This document shows positions 61,250 to 64,000 of a DNA stretch of 64,000 bases, one piece after another; within the stretch, counting starts at the first letter, position 1; every line of letters begins with the position of its first letter. The DNA lies in assembly GCA_021791845.1 (NCBI GenBank), contig JAJYVT010000009.1, positions 2,176 through 66,175 on the forward strand. The letters run 5' to 3'. The notes under the pieces were generated by a model. That model worked only from the letters and a program-made list of their open reading frames with translations, was not told the DNA's origin and did no database searches. Source of the DNA: Actinomycetes bacterium. Lineage in GTDB: Bacteria; Actinomycetota; Acidimicrobiia; Acidimicrobiales; RAAP-2. The position numbers were made by a program, and so were the translations under genes.

Positions 61250-62479
61250 ATGCGCGCCGCGCCGCCCGGCGCGCCCGTGGTCGGCGTGGTCGGCGCCGGG
61301 CAGCTGGCGCGCATGCTGTGCGAGGCCGCCAGCGCGCTCGACATCGGCGTGGTGGTGCTGGCCGAGCGCGCCGACGACGCCGCCGCGCCGGTGGCGCCCG
61401 GCCTGGTCGTCGGGAGCCCGTCCGACCCGGCGGCCATGCGGGCGCTGGCGGGGATGGTCGACGTCGTGACGTTCGACCACGAACAGGTCGACCTGGGCAT
61501 CCTGGCCGAGCTGGCGGCCGAGGGCGCGGTGGTGCGCCCCGGGCTCGAGACGCTGCAGATGGCGGTCGACAAGTCGGTGATGCGGGCACGCCTCGCCGCC
61601 GCCGGGCTCCCCGTTCCACCCTACGAGTCCCTCCACCCGGCGGTCTCGTCCGACCCGGCAGCGGCAACGGCGGCCATCGCCTCGTTCGCGGACCGCCACG
61701 GCTGGCCCGTCGTGGTGAAGGCGGCGCGGGGCGGCTACGACGGCAAGGGCGTCTGGCCCGTGCCCGACGTGGACGCGACGCGCCGGCTCTGCGAGACCAC
61801 CGCCCGGGCCGGCACGCCCCTCCTGGTGGAGGCCTTCGTCCCCATCGAGGCCGAGCTGGCGGTGGTGGTGGCCCGGCGCCCCGGCGGGGACGTCGTCGCC
61901 TGGCCACCGGTGGAGACCGCCCAGGTGGACGGGGTCTGCCGGGAGGTGCTCTTCCCCGGCCGCTTGGACCCGGCCGTCGCCGGGCGGGCGGCAGCGCTCG
62001 GCCGTGCCGTGGCGGAGGTCGCCGGCTCCGTCGGCGTGCTGGCGGTCGAGCTCTTCCTCGCCGGCGGGGCGCTGCTGGTCAACGAGGTGGCTGCCCGGCC
62101 CCACAACAGCGCTCACTGGACCATCGAGGGCTCCATCACGTCCCAGTTCGAGAACCACCTGCGCGGCGTGCTCGACCTGCCCCTCGGGTCCACGGCACCG
62201 GCCGCCGCCGAGGTCGCCAGCGTGAACGTCTTCGGCGCACCGCCGGAGGTCCCCCCGTCCGGCGGCCCGCGGGGACCGGACGCGACCCTGCCGCGTGCCC
62301 TGGCGGTCGAGGGCGCCCACGTGCACCTCTATGGCAAGACGCCGCGCCCGGGACGCAAACTGGGGCACGTGACGGTGTGCGGCAGCGATGCCGGCGAGGT
62401 GCGGGCGCGGGCGTGGGCGGCCGCTCGGGCACTGGGCACGCCGCTGCCGGCGTCGCTGGACGTGGAGCTGGCGCGGTGA
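61250..62479 (+). CDS. purK: N5-carboxyaminoimidazole ribonucleotide synthase
   Basis: [14 protein letters not shown]-terminus, ATP-grasp core, [10 protein letters not shown] and [16 protein letters not shown]-terminal signatures. Confidence 0.9.
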   Translation: MRAAPPGAPVVGVVGAGQLARMLCEAASALDIGVVVLAERADDAAAPVAPGLVVGSPSDPAAMRALAGMVDVVTFDHEQVDLGILAELAAEGAVVRPGLETLQMAVDKSVMRARLAAAGLPVPPYESLHPAVSSDPAAATAAIASFADRHGWPVVVKAARGGYDGKGVWPVPDVDATRRLCETTARAGTPLLVEAFVPIEAELAVVVARRPGGDVVAWPPVETAQVDGVCREVLFPGRLDPAVAGRAAALGRAVAEVAGSVGVLAVELFLAGGALLVNEVAARPHNSAHWTIEGSITSQFENHLRGVLDLPLGSTAPAAAEVASVNVFGAPPEVPPSGGPRGPDATLPRALAVEGAHVHLYGKTPRPGRKLGHVTVCGSDAGEVRARAWAAARALGTPLPASLDVELAR

Positions 62480-63096
62480 CGAGGGACCTCGAGCCTGTTC
62501 CGCCCGGCGCGCCGGGCGATCCCCTGGTCGGCGTGGTCATGGGCAGCGCATCGGACCTCGAGGTGATGCGGGGCGCGGTCGAGGTGCTCGACGAGTTCGG
62601 CGTCCCCCGCGAGGTACGGGTGGTCTCTGCCCACCGCACGCCCGACGACATGCTCGCCTACGGTCACGGCGCCGCCCAGCGAGGGCTGCGGGTGCTCGTG
62701 GCGGGTGCGGGCGGGGCCGCGCACCTGCCCGGGATGCTGGCGGCCGCCACCGTCCTGCCCGTGGTGGGGGTCCCGGTGGCGCTCGCCCGGCTGGACGGCC
62801 TGGACTCGCTGCTCTCCATCGTGCAGATGCCGCGGGGCGTGCCCGTGGCCACGGTGGCGGTGAACGGGGCGGCCAACGCCGCGCTGCTGGCGGTGCGCAT
62901 CCTCGCCGCCTCGGACCCCGACCTGGCGAGGGAGCTCGGCGCCTACCAGGTGGTCCTGGCCGAGACGGCCAAGGCGCAGGACGCCGCCCTTCGGTCCCCC
63001 GAACGAGGGGGCGTCGACCGGGGGGACGCCGGGCGGGGGGGCGTCGACCGGGGGGACGCCGGGCGGGGGGGCGTCGACCGGGGGGACGCCGAATGA
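62476..63096 (+). CDS. purE: N5-carboxyaminoimidazole ribonucleotide mutase with an unusual repeated C-terminal tail
   Basis: GTG overlaps the purK stop (GTGA). [30 protein letters not shown]. The tail is ([10 protein letters not shown]) x about 3. Confidence 0.9.
   Translation: MTRDLEPVPPGAPGDPLVGVVMGSASDLEVMRGAVEVLDEFGVPREVRVVSAHRTPDDMLAYGHGAAQRGLRVLVAGAGGAAHLPGMLAAATVLPVVGVPVALARLDGLDSLLSIVQMPRGVPVATVAVNGAANAALLAVRILAASDPDLARELGAYQVVLAETAKAQDAALRSPERGGVDRGDAGRGGVDRGDAGRGGVDRGDAE
63005..63092 (+). repeat. 30-bp tandem repeat (gcgtcgaccggggggacgccgggcgggggg), 2.7 copies, G-tract rich, at the purE 3' end
   Basis: Perfect copies at 63011-63040 and 63041-63070, partial copy at 63071-63090. 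Confidence 0.95.
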
Positions 63097-63189
63097 GCGG
63101 CCGCCCCACGGCGGGGCGTCGGGCGGGCGTGCGCCGCATGCGCGGATGCCGTTGATCGGTCGCCGCCGGGCCGGCGCTACCGTCGTGTG

Positions 63190-64000
63190 ATGCCCGCGCT
63201 GGCCGAACGGTTGGGGTACCCCGCCGACGCCAAGCTCCTCGTGGTGAACGCCGAGGACCTCGGCCTCTGCCACGCCGCCAACGTCGGGGTCTACGACGGT
63301 CTGCACTCGGGCCTCGTGACCAGCGCCACGCTGATGGTGCCGTGCCCCTGGGCCCGCGACGCGGCGGCTCGGTACCGGGGCGAGGACGTGGGCGTCCACC
63401 TCACGGTCAACGCCGAGTGGGACCGCTACCGCTGGGGCCCCATCACCCACGCCCCGTCGCTCCTCGACGGGGACGGCGGGTTCCCGCGCACGGTGGAGGA
63501 CGTGTGGGACCACGCCGACGTCGACGAGGTGCGGCGCGAGTGCCGGGCCCAGATCGAGCGGGCCATCCTCTGGGGCTTCGACGTGAGCCACCTCGACGCC
63601 CACATGGGGACGCTGCTGCTTCGCCCCGAGTTCTTCGACGTCTACCTCGAGCTGGCCGTCGAGTTCGGCCTGCCCGTGCGGATCCCACAGCGCCGGGCGG
63701 AGCTGCTGGGCTTCCCCGCCCGCCAGCTGGCGGCCGAGGCCGGGGCCATCTTCGTCGACCGCGTGCTGTCGGTCCCGAGGACCGGCGCCCGCCCGCTGGT
63801 GGAGGAGCGGCTGGCGCACATCGAGCCCGGCGTCACCGAGCTGCGCCTCCATCCCGCGGCCGACTCGGCCGAGCTCCGGGCCATCGCCTCCGACTGGCTG
63901 GCGCGCGTCGACGACTACCGGATGGTGTGCGAGGACCAGACCCTGGAGAAGTCCCTGGCGGCGGCCGGAGTGACGCTCATCGGCTACCGGCGCCTGCGGG
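63190..64000 (+). CDS. YdjC/ChbG family carbohydrate deacetylase; 3' end beyond the window
   Basis: Not in the ORF track (no stop in window); translated by hand from ATG 63190: MPALAERLGYPADAKLLVVNAEDLGLCHAANVGVYDGLHSGLVTSATLMVPCPW...VGVHLTVNAEW...SHLDAHMG, which is the YdjC pattern. Confidence 0.8.
   Translation, partial: MPALAERLGYPADAKLLVVNAEDLGLCHAANVGVYDGLHSGLVTSATLMVPCPWARDAAARYRGEDVGVHLTVNAEWDRYRWGPITHAPSLLDGDGGFPRTVEDVWDHADVDEVRRECRAQIERAILWGFDVSHLDAHMGTLLLRPEFFDVYLELAVEFGLPVRIPQRRAELLGFPARQLAAEAGAIFVDRVLSVPRTGARPLVEERLAHIEPGVTELRLHPAADSAELRAIASDWLARVDDYRMVCEDQTLEKSLAAAGVTLIGYRRLR

Overview
Very GC-rich, gene-dense chromosomal segment; third codon positions are overwhelmingly G/C. 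Gene content (glbO, LLM/F420-type oxidoreductase, M16 peptidase pair, frequent GTGA/ATGA start-stop overlaps) points to a high-GC Actinomycetota genome. I can support about 57 protein-coding genes (two run off the window ends) and one tRNA-Gly(UCC). I see no rRNA, CRISPR array, transposase, integrase or prophage. Most genes are ordinary housekeeping or transport: glpD, polX, zwf, clpP, purK/purE, an ABC-2 exporter, two DHA2 MFS pumps, an APC permease, peptidases and GNATs. Many long ORFs in the six-frame track are antisense or out-of-frame shadows typical of high-GC DNA, and I rejected them. Several listed ORFs carry spurious N-terminal extensions; I re-set those starts using RBS, overlap geometry and domain boundaries. 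Best candidates for undescribed biology: (1) 28987-32117, a translationally coupled four-gene operon with a small unknown protein plus three paralogous double-YbjQ (DUF74/UPF0145) proteins. (2) 47161-48248, an XRE-type HTH gene coupled to a ClpP paralogue that has lost its catalytic triad, divergent from an intact clpP across a perfect 14-bp palindrome. (3) 49515-53898, a same-strand run of cobalamin-type radical SAM enzyme, signal-less HiPIP-like 4-Cys protein, STAS protein and S9 peptidase. A recurring DNA-level theme is short, near-perfect, in-frame tandem repeats at gene ends (HD-GYP, a secreted protein, the nuclease, purE), plus G-tract and pentanucleotide repeats in intergenic regions. 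All functional calls come from motif recognition by eye; no database search was run.
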